A stretch of DNA of 64,000 nucleotides from Rhodobiaceae bacterium (GCA_020441905.1 JAGRLG010000030.1:20970-84969), one strand, 5' to 3'. Numbered from the stretch's first letter, positions 16,729 through 27,762 are shown. The notes: generated by a model from the letters alone, not told the origin. Numbers and translations: made by a program.

Positions 16729-17817
16729 TCACAGCAACTCGTCGTCGCCGCCGAGCCAGCCCTTGCGGCGGAAATAGAGCACCAGCGCGCCCGCCACCGC
16801 CAGCATCACGACCAGGGCGGCCGGATAGCCGAAGCGCCAGTTCAGTTCGGGCATGTTGAAGGGTGAGGCGCGGTCGAAATTCATCCCCCACAGGCCGGCC
16901 AGGAAACCCAGCGGCATGAAGATGGTGGCGATGATGGTCAGCACCTTCATGACCTCGTTGAGCTTGGCGCTCATTGCCGACAGATAGACGTCGAGCAGGC
17001 CGGAGGCGATTTCCCGGTAGGTTTCCAGCATGTCCATCAGCTGGACGACGTGGTCATAGACATCGCGCAGGAAGGGGCGGGTTTCTTCCTGGATGAAGGT
17101 GCCGCTGTCGCGGGTGAGGTGATGGATCATTTCCCGCGCCGGCCATATCGCCCGGCGCAGCAGCAGCAGGTCGCGCTTGATGGCGTGCAATTCGCGGGCG
17201 TGGTGCTGGTCGGGCCGGGTGATGATGGCGTCTTCCAGCGCTTCGAGCCGTTCGCCATAGGCCTCCAGCACGGGAAAATAGCCATCGATGACGGCATCCA
17301 TCAGGCAATAGGCGAGATAGTCCGGGCCGCGCATGCGCACGCGGCCCTTGGACTGGCGGAGCCTCTCGCGCACGGCGCTGAAACAGTCCCCGGCGGTTTC
17401 CTGGAATGTGAGCAGGAAGTCGGAGCCGAGAAAGAGGGTGATCTGCTCGCTTTGCGGCCCCGCGCCGGGCCGCAGCATGCGCACCACCGCGAACAGGTGG
17501 CCGGGAAACTCTTCCGCCTTGGGCCGCTGATGCACGTTCACCGTGTCTTCCAGCGCCAGCGCGTTGAGATCGAACTGCGCCCCCAGCGCCGAAATCAGGT
17601 CGACATCGCCAAGCCCGGCGACATCGAGCCACAGCACCGGCCGCACTCCGCGGCCGGCGGCGATCTTCTTCAAATTCGGCCTGGCGATTTCCTCGATGGC
17701 GTCGGGACCATAGGAAAACAGGTGCAGCGTCGGCGCTTCCGCTCCGGGGTGGGAAATGAGGGATCCTGGCGCCGCGCCGGCCGGGCTGCCGCGCCGCTTG
17801 CGAATATGTCTTGCCAT
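16729..17817 (-). CDS. corA: Magnesium/cobalt transporter CorA
   Basis: C-terminal two TM helices with the GMNF signature (LAGLWGMNFD). Start at MARHIRK is preceded by GGGGAG. The upstream part of the track ORF is not credible. Confidence 0.85.
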   Translation of the reverse strand: MARHIRKRRGSPAGAAPGSLISHPGAEAPTLHLFSYGPDAIEEIARPNLKKIAAGRGVRPVLWLDVAGLGDVDLISALGAQFDLNALALEDTVNVHQRPKAEEFPGHLFAVVRMLRPGAGPQSEQITLFLGSDFLLTFQETAGDCFSAVRERLRQSKGRVRMRGPDYLAYCLMDAVIDGYFPVLEAYGERLEALEDAIITRPDQHHARELHAIKRDLLLLRRAIWPAREMIHHLTRDSGTFIQEETRPFLRDVYDHVVQLMDMLETYREIASGLLDVYLSAMSAKLNEVMKVLTIIATIFMPLGFLAGLWGMNFDRASPFNMPELNWRFGYPAALVVMLAVAGALVLYFRRKGWLGGDDELL

Positions 17818-18085
17818 AGCGTTGCTCCCCTCATGCGGTCCTGCCACAGCGGGCGATTCCAGGCGCGCCCCAACATTAATCCAAAAACCGCCAGCGATGC
17901 ATAGCGCCGCGCCGCACGGCGCCTTGCCGCGCCCGCCAGCGCCGCCCGCCAATGCAGTTCGCCGGTGCCGCCCGCCAGCGCCAACCACCGCCAGGCGGGA
18001 GCGGCGGCGCGGACCGGTTGCGCCTGGGTATGGCGGATGATATAGCCCTGCCGGGCCCCAGTTCCGGCGTGTTCCCTGTTCCGGT

Positions 18086-18988
18086 GTGGATGTGGTAAGA
18101 AACCAGAAAATTTTTTACATCGCGATTGGCAGTATAGCCGTTGCCATAATCGTAATGTTCATAAAATATGCCGCGTATCACATCACCGGCAGCGTTGCGC
18201 TATACTCTGATGCACTGGAAAGCATCGTAAACGTCGTAACCGCGGTCGCGGCGCTGGTAGCCATCCGCATCGGCGCCAAGCCGGCTGACGACGATCACCC
18301 CTTCGGTCACCACAAGGCGGAATATTTTTCCGCCGTACTTGAAGGCGTGCTCATCGTCCTGGCCGCGCTGCTCATTTTTCGCGAGGTCTGGTTCGCTTTC
18401 CAGCAGCCGCGCCATCTTAACGCCCCGCTGGTGGGCATGGCGATCAATGCCGTTTCGACCATGCTCAATGCCGGCTGGTGCCTGGTTCTGATCCGGCTCG
18501 GCCGCCAGTGGCGCTCGCCGGCACTGGTTGCCGATGGCTGGCATCTCTACACCGACGTCATCACCTCGGTTGGCGTCCTGGTCGGCCTCGGCCTCGTCGT
18601 GCTGACCGGATGGGCGGTCCTCGATCCGGTGATGGGCGCCGTGGTCGCCGCCAATATCCTGTGGGCGGGGTGGAAGGTGGTGCGCGAATCCGTCGATGGC
18701 CTGATGGACAAGGCTGCTTCCACCGAGCTTGAAACCGAGATCCGTGCCGTGATTTCTGGCCATGCCCAGGGTGCCATCGAGTTTCACGATCTGCGCACCC
18801 GCGCCGCCGGGCAGGCCATATTCATCGAGTTCCATATGGTCGTGCCCGCGGCCATGTCGGTTGCCGATTCCCATGAGATCTGCGACCGTGTGGAAGAAGC
18901 CCTGCGCCGCGAAATCGCAGGGGCGCGGATCGTCATTCACGTCGAGCCTGAGGAAAAGGCCAAGAACGAGGGCGTTGCCGTTCTGTGA
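18086..18988 (+). CDS. Cation diffusion facilitator (CDF) family metal efflux transporter
   Basis: GSVALYSDALESIVN (helix II), HLYTDVITS (helix V) and a C-terminal cytoplasmic domain with IHVEPE. GTG start. Confidence 0.85.
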   Translation: MDVVRNQKIFYIAIGSIAVAIIVMFIKYAAYHITGSVALYSDALESIVNVVTAVAALVAIRIGAKPADDDHPFGHHKAEYFSAVLEGVLIVLAALLIFREVWFAFQQPRHLNAPLVGMAINAVSTMLNAGWCLVLIRLGRQWRSPALVADGWHLYTDVITSVGVLVGLGLVVLTGWAVLDPVMGAVVAANILWAGWKVVRESVDGLMDKAASTELETEIRAVISGHAQGAIEFHDLRTRAAGQAIFIEFHMVVPAAMSVADSHEICDRVEEALRREIAGARIVIHVEPEEKAKNEGVAVL

Positions 18989-19139
18989 CGGCGCCGCCAA
19001 GACTGGCTATACTTGGCCGACCTGTGTATAACGCGGGCGCAAGACGAAATAGGACCGGAAGGAAACCCGGCGCGGCGCGCGCTGCGCGGCGGCGGGCCAG
19101 GAGTTTTCCGGTTTTTGAACAGGCAGTTGGAGTGTGCTC

Positions 19140-20528
19140 ATGGCCGAGAAATGGTCGCCGTCAAGCTGGAGATCAAAGCCCTTCGTCCAGTTGCCGGATT
19201 ATCCCGATCCGGAACTGCTTTCCCAGATCGAGGCCCAGATTGCCGGCTTCCCGCCCCTGGTCTTTGCCGGTGAGGCGCGCAAGCTGACGCGCCAGCTCGC
19301 CCGCGTCTGCGAGGGCGACGGCTTCCTGCTTCAGGGCGGCGATTGCGCCGAGAGCTTCGCCGAGCACCGCGCCGACAATATCCGCGATTTCTTCCGCGTC
19401 TTCCTCCAGATGGCGGTGGTGCTGACCTATGCCGCCGCTTCCCCGGTGGTCAAGGTGGGGCGCATCGCCGGCCAGTTCGCCAAGCCGCGCTCCTCCGACA
19501 TCGAGAAGCAGGGCGAACGCACGCTGCCCTCCTATCGCGGCGACATCGTCAATTCCATCGAGTTCGAGGATGCCGCCCGCATTCCCGACCCCCAGCGCCA
19601 GCTCAAGGCCTATCGCCAGGCCGCGGCGACGCTCAACCTGCTGCGCGCCTTCGCCCAAGGCGGCTATGCCAATCTGGAGCACGTCCATCAGTGGACCCTG
19701 GGCTTCCTCAACGATTCGCCGGCCAGCGCCCGCTACCAGGCCCTTGCCGACCGCATCACCGAGACGCTGGCCTTCATGCGCGCCTGCGGCATCAATCCGG
19801 ACAACACGCCGCAGCTCAACACGACCGATTTCTTCACCAGCCACGAGGCGCTTCTGCTCGGCTACGAGCAGGCGCTGACCCGCGTCGATTCGACTTCGGG
19901 CGACTGGTACGACACCTCCGGCCACATGCTGTGGATCGGCGACCGCACCCGCCAGCCCGACCACGCCCATATCGAGTTCTGCCGCGGCGTGAAGAACCCC
20001 ATCGGCCTCAAATGCGGCCCCTCGATTTCGCCCGACGGCCTGCTGGAACTGGTCAATATCCTGAACCCCGCCAACGAGGCGGGACGGCTGACCCTGATCT
20101 GCCGCTTCGGAGCCGGCAAGGCGGGTGAGCATCTGCCGAAACTGATCCGCGCCGTGAAGCGCGAAGGCGCAAAGGTGGTGTGGTCCTGCGATCCCATGCA
20201 TGGCAACACCATCAAGGCATCGAGCGGCTTCAAGACCCGGCCCTTCGATCTGGTGTTGCGCGAGGTCGAGGAATTCTTTGACATTCACCGCGCCGAAGGC
20301 ACCCATGCCGGCGGCATCCATGTCGAGATGACGGGCCAGAACGTCACCGAATGCACCGGCGGCGCCACCGCGATTTCCGATGCCGACCTTTCGGACCGCT
20401 ACCACACCCATTGCGATCCCCGGCTCAACGGCGACCAGGCCCTCGAGCTGGCCTTCCTCATCGCCGAGCGGCTGAAGAAGGAGCGCGAGGAACGCGGGCT
20501 GCCCATCCCGGCGGCCGCCAGCGCCTGA
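19140..20528 (+). CDS. 3-deoxy-7-phosphoheptulonate (DAHP) synthase, class II
   Basis: [24 protein letters not shown]-terminus, about 460 aa, CDPMHGNT motif. ATG at 19140 follows GGAG (19129-19132); the track start at 19134 is a GTG two codons upstream. Confidence 0.9.
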   Translation: MAEKWSPSSWRSKPFVQLPDYPDPELLSQIEAQIAGFPPLVFAGEARKLTRQLARVCEGDGFLLQGGDCAESFAEHRADNIRDFFRVFLQMAVVLTYAAASPVVKVGRIAGQFAKPRSSDIEKQGERTLPSYRGDIVNSIEFEDAARIPDPQRQLKAYRQAAATLNLLRAFAQGGYANLEHVHQWTLGFLNDSPASARYQALADRITETLAFMRACGINPDNTPQLNTTDFFTSHEALLLGYEQALTRVDSTSGDWYDTSGHMLWIGDRTRQPDHAHIEFCRGVKNPIGLKCGPSISPDGLLELVNILNPANEAGRLTLICRFGAGKAGEHLPKLIRAVKREGAKVVWSCDPMHGNTIKASSGFKTRPFDLVLREVEEFFDIHRAEGTHAGGIHVEMTGQNVTECTGGATAISDADLSDRYHTHCDPRLNGDQALELAFLIAERLKKEREERGLPIPAAASA

Positions 20529-20540
20529 CGCGGCGAACGG

Positions 20541-20578
20541 ACCCGCTGCCCGGCAGGGCAGCGGGTTAGCGGCTTTTC
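20541..20578 (+). terminator. Rho-independent terminator after DAHP synthase
   Basis: ACCCGCTGCCC, loop GGCA, GGGCAGCGGGT (11-bp perfect stem, 20541-20566), followed by TAGCGGCTTTT. Confidence 0.8.
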
Positions 20579-20593
20579 GAAGTCTCGATATGT

Positions 20594-20624
20594 TCCGCCA
20601 TTGTCTCTAGTCCGCCATTGTCTC
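20594..20624. repeat. Two exact 14-nt direct repeats (TCCGCCATTGTCTC) separated by 3 nt
   Basis: Copies at 20594-20607 and 20611-20624. Intergenic, about 110 nt upstream of the dioxygenase gene. Confidence 0.85.
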
Positions 20625-20734
20625 CAAGGCGTGAATAGTGAATTGCCGCCGCCGCTCCTTGGGGCGCGCCGCTTGCCCGTCCATATAGAAGGGCAGGGCG
20701 CCGCCGCACCGGCGCGCCAGGCAGCGAGGCGATC

Positions 20735-21553
20735 ATGGATACCCAGTTGTTCCCGCACATGCCGGCGAGCCTTTTCCTGTCGCACGGATCGCCGGATCTC
20801 GTTCTGAAAGAAGTTCCGGCGCGCCAATTCCTTGCCGCCCTGGGCCAAAGTGTGCCGCGGCCAAAGGCGCTTCTCGTCGTCTCCGCTCATTTTGAAACCG
20901 CCCGGCCCGCCGTTACCGCCGCCGCCAGCCCGCCGACGATCCACGATTTCCATGGCTTTCCCGAGCAGCTCTACCGGCTGCGCTACCCCGCTCCCGGGGC
21001 GCCGCACCTGGCGTCCCGCGTTGCCGAGTTGCTGCGCGGCGCCGGGTTCGAGTGCGATCTAGAGCGCGAGCGCGGCTTCGATCACGGCTGCTGGTCGCCG
21101 CTGATGCTGGCCTGGCCGCTGGCCGATATCCCGGTGGTGCAGCTGTCGGTGCAGCCGGAAAAAGGCGCCGCCCACCATATCCGCCTCGGCCGTGCCCTGG
21201 AGCCCCTGGCGGGCGAGGGCGTGCTGGTCATCGGCTCCGGCTCGCTGACCCATGACCTGCGCTCCTTCTTCGCCACCCGCGGCGCCGACGACATGCCGCC
21301 CCCAAGCTGGGTGAGCGAATTCGCCGACTGGATCTTCCGCCAGCTTGAGGCGGGCGATGAGGCTTCTCTGGCCGATTACCGCGCCCGCGCGCCTCATGCC
21401 GCGCGCAACCACCCCACCGACGAGCACCTGCTGCCGCTATTCGTCGCCTTTGGCGCCGCCGGCAAAGGCCCGCGTTCGGCGCGTATCCATGCCAGTTCGC
21501 TTGGCGGCGTGCTGCGCCTCGACAGCTACGCCTTCGAGGCAGCCGCGGCCTAG
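20735..21553 (+). CDS. Class III extradiol ring-cleavage dioxygenase (4,5-DOPA dioxygenase/YgiD-like)
   Basis: LFLSHGSP N-terminus, FDHGCWSPL, GSGSLTHDL and HPTDEHLLPL motifs. About 270 aa. Confidence 0.8.
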   Translation: MDTQLFPHMPASLFLSHGSPDLVLKEVPARQFLAALGQSVPRPKALLVVSAHFETARPAVTAAASPPTIHDFHGFPEQLYRLRYPAPGAPHLASRVAELLRGAGFECDLERERGFDHGCWSPLMLAWPLADIPVVQLSVQPEKGAAHHIRLGRALEPLAGEGVLVIGSGSLTHDLRSFFATRGADDMPPPSWVSEFADWIFRQLEAGDEASLADYRARAPHAARNHPTDEHLLPLFVAFGAAGKGPRSARIHASSLGGVLRLDSYAFEAAAA

Positions 21554-21649
21554 AGCCCGCGGCCGTCCGTTGTGTCGGCGTCGCTGTTTTCCCGCAATCA
21601 GGCCCTTCGGGGCATTCGCCGCATTGCTCTTGGCGCCGACGCGGGCTAA

Positions 21650-23347
21650 ATGGGCGCCATGTCGCAGCAGATTACAGACAGCCTGCGGATCGCCGCCGCC
21701 CAGCTCAACCCGACGGTCGGCGATCTTGACGGCAATCTCGCCAAGGCCCGCGCCGCCCGCGCCGAGGCCGCCGCCGCGCGCGCCGATGTCATCGCCTTTC
21801 CCGAATTGTTCATCTCCGGCTATCCGCCCGACGACCTGGTGATGAAGCCGGCGTTTGAACGCGCCTGCCGCGCGCGCATCGAGGCACTGGCGGCGGAAAC
21901 CGCCGATGGCGGCCCGGCGGTGCTGATCGGCGCGCCATGGCGCGAGGACGGCAATCTCTATAATGCCTATTGCCTGCTCGACGGCGGCAAGGTCGAGGCC
22001 GTGCGCTTCAAGGTCGAATTGCCCAATTACGGCCCCTTCGACGAAAAGCGCGTCTTTGTCCCCGGCCCCTTGCCCGGCCCGGTGAACCTGCGCGGCGTGC
22101 GCGTCGGCATTCCCGTCTGCGAGGATATCTGGATCGAGGAAGTGACCGAGTGCCTGATGGAAACCGGCGCGTCGATCCTCATCGCGCCCAACGGCTCGCC
22201 ATGGTGGAAGGGCAAGTTCGACCAGCGCCAGCAGGTGGCGCTGGCCCGCATCGTCGAAACCGGCCTGCCGCTGGTCTATGTCAACCAGGTCGGCGGCCAG
22301 GATGAGCTGGTGTTCGACGGCTCCTCCTTCGCTCTCAATGCCGACCGTACGCTGGCCTTCCAGCTCCCGGCATTCCAGAGCGCGGTCGCGGTTTCCCACT
22401 GGGCGCCGCAGAACGGCTCCTGGCGCTGCATCGATGGCGGCGGAGTCGCCGCGCTGCCCGACGAGGCCGAGGCGCTGTATCGCGCCTGCGTGATGGGCCT
22501 GCGCGACTATGTCGAGAAGAACCGTTTTCCCGGCGTCGTGCTGGGCCTGTCCGGCGGCATCGATTCCGCGCTGGTCGCCGCCATGTCGGTCGATGCGCTG
22601 GGGCCGCAGCGCGTGCACTGCGTGATGATGCCCTACCGCTTCACCTCGAATCTCTCGATCGCGGATGCCGCCGATTGCGCCAGGGCGCTCGGCGTGCGCT
22701 ACGACACGGTGCCCATCGCCGCCCCCGTCGAGGCCTGCGAAGCGGCGCTTCAGCCGCTGTTCGACGGCGCGGCGCGCGGCGTGACGGAGGAAAATATCCA
22801 GTCGCGCATGCGCGGCGTGATCCTGATGGCGATTTCCAACAAGTTCGGCGCCATGCTGGTCACCACCGGAAACAAGTCGGAAGTCTCGGTCGGCTACGCC
22901 ACGCTTTACGGCGACATGAATGGCGGCTTCAACCCGATCAAGGACCTTTACAAGATGCAGGTCTACGCGCTGTCGCGCTGGCGCAACGAGCACCGCCCGG
23001 ACGGCATGCTGGGGCCGCTGGGCGCGGTCATCCCGCCGAGCATCATCGCCAAGGCGCCGACGGCGGAACTGCGCGAGAACCAGACCGACCAGGACTCGCT
23101 GCCGCCCTATGACCAGCTCGACGACATTCTCGAATGCCTGATCGAACTCGAGCTCTCCCATGCCGAGATCGCCGCCAGGGGCCATGACGAGAAACTCGTC
23201 AGCCGCATCGAGAACTTGCTCTATATCGCCGAATACAAGCGCCGCCAGGCCGCGCCCGGCGTCAAGGTCAGTCAGCGCAATTTCGGCCGCGACCGGCGCT
23301 ATCCGATCACCAACGCCTTCCGCGACACCCCGCGCAAGGACGCTTGA
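21650..23347 (+). CDS. nadE: Glutamine-dependent NAD+ synthetase (nitrilase-like CN-hydrolase domain + NAD synthetase domain)
   Basis: N-terminal [29 protein letters not shown] (CN hydrolase). C-terminal [13 protein letters not shown] (PP-loop) and TGNKSE. Confidence 0.9.
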   Translation: MGAMSQQITDSLRIAAAQLNPTVGDLDGNLAKARAARAEAAAARADVIAFPELFISGYPPDDLVMKPAFERACRARIEALAAETADGGPAVLIGAPWREDGNLYNAYCLLDGGKVEAVRFKVELPNYGPFDEKRVFVPGPLPGPVNLRGVRVGIPVCEDIWIEEVTECLMETGASILIAPNGSPWWKGKFDQRQQVALARIVETGLPLVYVNQVGGQDELVFDGSSFALNADRTLAFQLPAFQSAVAVSHWAPQNGSWRCIDGGGVAALPDEAEALYRACVMGLRDYVEKNRFPGVVLGLSGGIDSALVAAMSVDALGPQRVHCVMMPYRFTSNLSIADAADCARALGVRYDTVPIAAPVEACEAALQPLFDGAARGVTEENIQSRMRGVILMAISNKFGAMLVTTGNKSEVSVGYATLYGDMNGGFNPIKDLYKMQVYALSRWRNEHRPDGMLGPLGAVIPPSIIAKAPTAELRENQTDQDSLPPYDQLDDILECLIELELSHAEIAARGHDEKLVSRIENLLYIAEYKRRQAAPGVKVSQRNFGRDRRYPITNAFRDTPRKDA

Positions 23348-23351
23348 GGCC

Positions 23352-24695
23352 ATGGCCGGCGCCCTTCGTTTCGCTCCATCCCCAACCGGGCTGATTCACA
23401 TCGGCAATGCCCGCACCGCGATCCTCAATTGGCTCCACGCCAGGAAGACCGGTGCCCGTTTCATCCTGCGGTTCGACGATACAGACGCCGAGCGCTCCAG
23501 CGAGGAATTCGCCGCCGCCATCGAGAAGGATCTGGCCTGGCTCGGCATTGTCCCCGACGAGATCCATCGCCAGTCGCTGCGCGCCGCCGCCCACGACGCA
23601 GCGGCGGAGAAGCTGCGCCAGGCCGGCCGGCTCTACCCCTGCTACGAGAGCGCGGACGAGCTGGACCGCAAGCGCGCCCGCCAGCGTGCCCGCCACCTTC
23701 CCCCCGTCTATGACCGCGCCGCGCTGAAGCTGTCGGATGAGGAGCGCGCCAGGCTGGAAGGCGAGGGGCGCCGTCCCCATTGGCGCTTCCTGCTCGATCC
23801 CGGCATGGTGTCCTGGGACGATAGCGTGCGGGGGCCGCAAAGCATCGATGCGGGATCGCTGTCCGATCCGGTGCTGATCCGCGCCGACGGCAGCTATCTC
23901 TATACCCTGCCGTCGGTGGTCGACGATATCGATCTGGGGATTTCCCATGTCGTTCGCGGCGAGGATCACGTCGCCAATACCGGCGTCCAGATCCAGCTTT
24001 TCAAGGCGCTGGGCGCCCGCCCGCCGCTTTTTGCCCATCACGGGCTGCTCACCGCCGCCGACGGCTCCGGCCTGTCGAAACGTCTCGGCGCGCTGTCGAT
24101 ATCCGCCCTGCGCGCGGACGGCATGGAAGCCATGGCGGTGGCATCGCTCGCCGCCCTTATCGGCACCTCCGAGGCGGTGGCGCCCCACCAGAGAATGGGT
24201 GAACTGGTGGCGCTGTTCGATTTTTCCAAGCTGTCGCGCGCGCCGGCCCGTTTCGATCCCGCCGAACTTGAGGCGCTCAATGCCAGGCTATTGCACGACA
24301 TGGCGTTCGAGACCGCACAGCCCCGCCTGGCCGAACTCGGCATCGGCGGCGACAGGGATTTCTGGGAGGCAGTGCGCGGAAATCTGACCCGTCTGGGCGA
24401 TGTGGAATACTGGTGGAAGGTGGTGTCCAGCGATATTGAGCCGGTGATCGGCGATGCGGATTATTGCGCCCTTGCCGCCAGTCTGCTGCCCGCCGAGCCG
24501 TGGGATTCGCAGAGCTGGAAGGCGTGGACGGCACGCTTGAAGGAAGCCACCGGGCGCTCCGGCAAGGCCCTTTTCCAGCCCTTGCGGCTGGCCCTTACCG
24601 GCCTCGACCGGGGTCCGGAAATGGCCGCCATCTTCCCGCTCATCGGGAAGTCGAAAAGCGCGGCCCGCCTTCGGGGGCAGAAGGCCCAACCCTGA
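23352..24695 (+). CDS. gltX: Glutamate--tRNA ligase
   Basis: [18 protein letters not shown] (HIGH motif), [18 protein letters not shown] (KMSKS-like). ATG lies 4 nt after the nadE stop. Confidence 0.9.
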   Translation: MAGALRFAPSPTGLIHIGNARTAILNWLHARKTGARFILRFDDTDAERSSEEFAAAIEKDLAWLGIVPDEIHRQSLRAAAHDAAAEKLRQAGRLYPCYESADELDRKRARQRARHLPPVYDRAALKLSDEERARLEGEGRRPHWRFLLDPGMVSWDDSVRGPQSIDAGSLSDPVLIRADGSYLYTLPSVVDDIDLGISHVVRGEDHVANTGVQIQLFKALGARPPLFAHHGLLTAADGSGLSKRLGALSISALRADGMEAMAVASLAALIGTSEAVAPHQRMGELVALFDFSKLSRAPARFDPAELEALNARLLHDMAFETAQPRLAELGIGGDRDFWEAVRGNLTRLGDVEYWWKVVSSDIEPVIGDADYCALAASLLPAEPWDSQSWKAWTARLKEATGRSGKALFQPLRLALTGLDRGPEMAAIFPLIGKSKSAARLRGQKAQP

Positions 24696-25959
24696 TCACA
24701 TTGGGCGAAGAATCGCCCGAACGCGCCTGAAAGCGGGGCGCGAACTGGCCCGAATCCGCGCTGGGGCGGAAAACATTGACCTGTCCGCCGCTGCCGGGGA
24801 CAAAAGTGGCGTTGCCGCCAGTGCCGCCAGTGCTTCCAGTGCCACCCGCCGCCGCCGGATTGGCCGCCGCGGCCTGTCCGCTTCCTTCTCCCGCTGTCGC
24901 CGGAATGCCGGTCGCGGTCTGCTGGGCGGGCGCCGCCTCTGACTGACTACCCGTTGCGCCGCTTCCGCTTTCCGGAGCGGCATTGCCGCTCTGGCCGGCG
25001 GCGCCGGGGGCAGGCGCCGGGGTTTCGCCCGCCGGTTGCTCGCCGGGCGCTGGAACCGTCTTGGCTTCCAGCGCCGCCCGGCGCTCTTCTTCTTCTTCCA
25101 GCTTCAGCGTGAAGGGGTTGCAGGAGCAGCCCTTCACATATTCCTTGCGGTAGCGGAAAGCGGTTGGAATCGAGCTGTAGGGCCGGCCGTTGAGCGAAAC
25201 CATCTGTTCCGGCGTGCCGCCCGGGTTCTCATGCACATACAGTTCCACCACCGCACTGGGGCACAAGGCCCGGCATTGCTCGGCGTCGGTCTGGAAGCGC
25301 TCGGGCAGGGTGGCGAAGCTGATCGGAAAATAATAGCCGTCGCAACTGCGCACGCACAAAGTGCGGTAGCTGGGCACATTGCCGAGCATGCGCCGCCCGA
25401 AGTCGGTGCCGATGCCGCGCTCGCCCGGCCCCGAATCCTCTTCCGACCATGATCCGAAGATGGATGGCGTGCGGTTGAAGGTGGCAAAGCGCGAATATTG
25501 CGGTCCGCAGCGGTTTTCGGCCAGCAGCTGCAAAATCCTCTGCTTGCCCGGATCGTCGTTGCGCGTCGGGCCGGCAATCTGGTCGCGGCGGGCTGAAAGC
25601 TGGGCGAGGTTGCGCCTCATCTGGTCGATCGAGGATTCAAGCTGCCCGCATTCCTCCGGCCGCCTGGGGCGGAAGAACAGAAAGCCGGTCTTGAAGCAGC
25701 CGATCTGGCGCGCATGCGATTCGGTGCGGTTCAGGGCATCCTGCTGGCGCCCGAGGGCGTCGTCGAGACGGTCCAGCTCGGGGTTGGTGCCGATGACGGC
25801 CCGGTCGTAGCTGGCCAGTTCCTGCTCCAGCAGGTAGCAGCGTGCATTCTGCTGCTGCGCCGCCGCGCCGCCCGAAAGGACGGCAGCGCCCGCCAGCAGC
25901 AACAGCGCGGCGCCGGACCGCGCCGGGCCGAACCATTTCTTGTACTTAGCCATCGCCAT
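24640..25959 (-). CDS. Secreted DUF2865-type protein (unknown function)
   Basis: Start at [12 protein letters not shown] with a signal-like [17 protein letters not shown]. Hallmark [19 protein letters not shown]...CRALCP block. Low-complexity A/G/P/T-rich C-terminus ends ..VIRVGPS.. The 3' end overlaps gltX by 56 nt (convergent). Confidence 0.7.
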   Translation of the reverse strand: MAMAKYKKWFGPARSGAALLLLAGAAVLSGGAAAQQQNARCYLLEQELASYDRAVIGTNPELDRLDDALGRQQDALNRTESHARQIGCFKTGFLFFRPRRPEECGQLESSIDQMRRNLAQLSARRDQIAGPTRNDDPGKQRILQLLAENRCGPQYSRFATFNRTPSIFGSWSEEDSGPGERGIGTDFGRRMLGNVPSYRTLCVRSCDGYYFPISFATLPERFQTDAEQCRALCPSAVVELYVHENPGGTPEQMVSLNGRPYSSIPTAFRYRKEYVKGCSCNPFTLKLEEEEERRAALEAKTVPAPGEQPAGETPAPAPGAAGQSGNAAPESGSGATGSQSEAAPAQQTATGIPATAGEGSGQAAAANPAAAGGTGSTGGTGGNATFVPGSGGQVNVFRPSADSGQFAPRFQARSGDSSPNVIRVGPSAPEGGPRFSTSR

Positions 25960-26189
25960 GTCGTTCGCTCTGTCCCGCTGCGCTTTCTCGCGCCCGGCGC
26001 ATGCAGGGTCGCATCCTGCCGGCCGCGTGTTTCGCCACACGAAATTCCTCTCACATGAATGCGTGGCGAAATTTTGGTCCCGCTTCAAGCCCGCGCGGCG
26101 CGGGCGCGGCGGGAAGGACCCGATTATGCGGCCCCCGCCGCCAAAGAGCAATCAAAGGGCGCCGCCGCGCCTCCGCCCTTCCGCCGTCC

Positions 26190-26831
26190 TCAAGCCGCAT
26201 CGGGCTGGCGATCCGGGTGGGCCTGGGCAAAGGCTTCGATCTTGCCGCAGTTCTCCTCGATCCGCCTGATCTTGGGGAAGGGATAGAGATCGACCTCGAA
26301 ACGCCGCGCATTGAAGATCTGCGGAATCAGGCAGACATCGGCCATTGTCGGGCTATCGCCAAAACAGAAGCCGTCACGGCCCACCATTTCCTCGACAGCC
26401 TCGAAGCCGCTGTCGACCCAATGCGCATACCAGGCGCGCATGGCGTCGTCTTTCTGGTGCATCGGCCCTTTCAGGTAGTTCAGAACGCGCAGATTGTTGA
26501 TCGGGTGAATGTCGCAGGCGACGATATCGGCGATCGCGCGCACCCGTGCGCGGTCCAGCGGATCCGCCGGCAGCAGCGCCGGCTCGGGATGCACCTCCTC
26601 GAGATATTCGAGAATGGCAAGCGACTGGATGAGCGTGTGGTGGGTGCCGCCGTCCTCGATCTGGAGAACCGGCACCAGCCCTTGCGGATTGATGCGCTTG
26701 AAGTCCTGTTCGCTCTGTTCGCCCCTGGCGAGGTGGACAAAGCGCTTGTCGTGGGCAATCTGCTTCAGGTTGAAGGCGATGCGCACGCGATATGCGGCGC
26801 TCGACCGGAAATAGCCCCAAAAGGTGTACAT
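26190..26831 (-). CDS. maiA: Maleylacetoacetate isomerase (zeta-class GST)
   Basis: Start at MYTFWGYFRSSAAYRVRIAFNLK (SSxxxRVRIAL-type zeta GST motif). INPQGLVPVL. About 213 aa. Sits next to homogentisate-pathway genes. Confidence 0.8.
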   Translation of the reverse strand: MYTFWGYFRSSAAYRVRIAFNLKQIAHDKRFVHLARGEQSEQDFKRINPQGLVPVLQIEDGGTHHTLIQSLAILEYLEEVHPEPALLPADPLDRARVRAIADIVACDIHPINNLRVLNYLKGPMHQKDDAMRAWYAHWVDSGFEAVEEMVGRDGFCFGDSPTMADVCLIPQIFNARRFEVDLYPFPKIRRIEENCGKIEAFAQAHPDRQPDAA

Positions 26832-26990
26832 CAAGCGGTCTCCTTGCTCAGAGTCTTGTCGCCGGATTTGGAAGAAATATTGCTGGAAGCGAGAAGAACC
26901 GGCCTTGGCGCAAATTGCAAGGCGCGCGACCTTCACTTCGGCCGATTTCCTTGTGCAAAGCGCAATCGGCCGATCCGGCCGGCAATCCCT

Positions 26991-27590
26991 TCAATCGGCG
27001 TTGAACTCTCCGGCGCCATTGGCAAGGGCGTCGGAAATCTCCTCCGCCCGCGCCTTGAGCCGGTTCAGCAGCCGGTCCAGCGCTGCCCGGTCGCTGGCGC
27101 TCAGCACCGACTCAAGCTGGGCGCTGAATCCGAGCGCAACCGGTACCAGATCCTCATATACGGCGCGCCCGCGCGCCGACAGCGACAATTTGGCCGCGCG
27201 CCTGTCATGCTCCGCCGGCATGCGCGCCAGCAGGTCCTTGGCCGACAGCGCGGCCGCCGCCCTGCTGACCTTGGTCTTGTGCATCTGGCTGTGGGCGCCG
27301 ATCTGTTTGGCCGTCATTTCGCCGTACTGGCCCAATGTCACCAGCACCCGCCATTCAGGCACGCCGAAACCGTATTCGCGCCCATAGACGCGCGAAAGCG
27401 AGCGGCTGACCGTCTCGTTCAGCAGATGAAGGCGGTAGGGCAGGAAACTCTCAAGGTCGAGCAGGGTGCCGGCGTGCGGCGTGCCGGAATCCGGGCTGCG
27501 ACCGGTTTGGCCCCGCTGCGCGCCGATTTCCTGATTGCCGGTCTGTGACGCACCACCGGTGCCGCTGCCTCGTTCCGTCCGGCTGTCCAT
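26991..27590 (-). CDS. MarR-family transcriptional regulator
   Basis: Winged-helix core VPEWRVLVTLGQYGEMTAKQIGAHSQMHKTKVSRAAAALSAKDLL..DRRAAKLSLSARG. Start at 27590 (MDSRTE) is preferred over 27626, which would overlap the candidate promoter/operator. Confidence 0.75.
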   Translation of the reverse strand: MDSRTERGSGTGGASQTGNQEIGAQRGQTGRSPDSGTPHAGTLLDLESFLPYRLHLLNETVSRSLSRVYGREYGFGVPEWRVLVTLGQYGEMTAKQIGAHSQMHKTKVSRAAAALSAKDLLARMPAEHDRRAAKLSLSARGRAVYEDLVPVALGFSAQLESVLSASDRAALDRLLNRLKARAEEISDALANGAGEFNAD

Positions 27591-27627
27591 TTTTGTCGAT
27601 CTTGCTCCGCGATTGCGCATTGACATT

Positions 27628-27643
27628 AGTTACATTTGTAACT
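27628..27643. promoter_or_regulatory. Inverted repeat AGTTAC-N4-GTAACT, candidate MarR operator in the divergent intergenic region
   Basis: 6-bp perfect arms at 27628-27633 and 27638-27643. TTGACA at 27620-27625 lies immediately upstream on the + strand. Confidence 0.5.
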
Positions 27644-27762
27644 GAAACTATTATAAACAGGCAAGGGACGATCCGAGCCCGGCGGCTTGGATCCGTCACT
27701 CTAAACCCCGGATTGCGCGCTTTCCAGCGCCCGTTCCAGGTTCATCTTAAGGGAGGCTACAC

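Noticed and set aside
20566-20760. 64-aa minus-strand ORF over the 14-nt direct repeats (each repeat contains GAGACAATGG, a possible RBS+ATG)
   Set aside because: The RBS-ATG spacing is only 3 nt. One copy terminates after 3 codons, and the ORF overlaps the aro terminator. It is more likely a DNA-level repeat.
21437-23353. 638-aa ORF antisense to nadE
   Set aside because: Shadow ORF for the same reasons. nadE is full-length and motif-complete on the + strand.
26001-27548. 515-aa ORF spanning the antisense of maiA and marR
   Set aside because: It crosses an intergenic region and two well-supported minus-strand genes, and has no motifs. GC-driven open frame.
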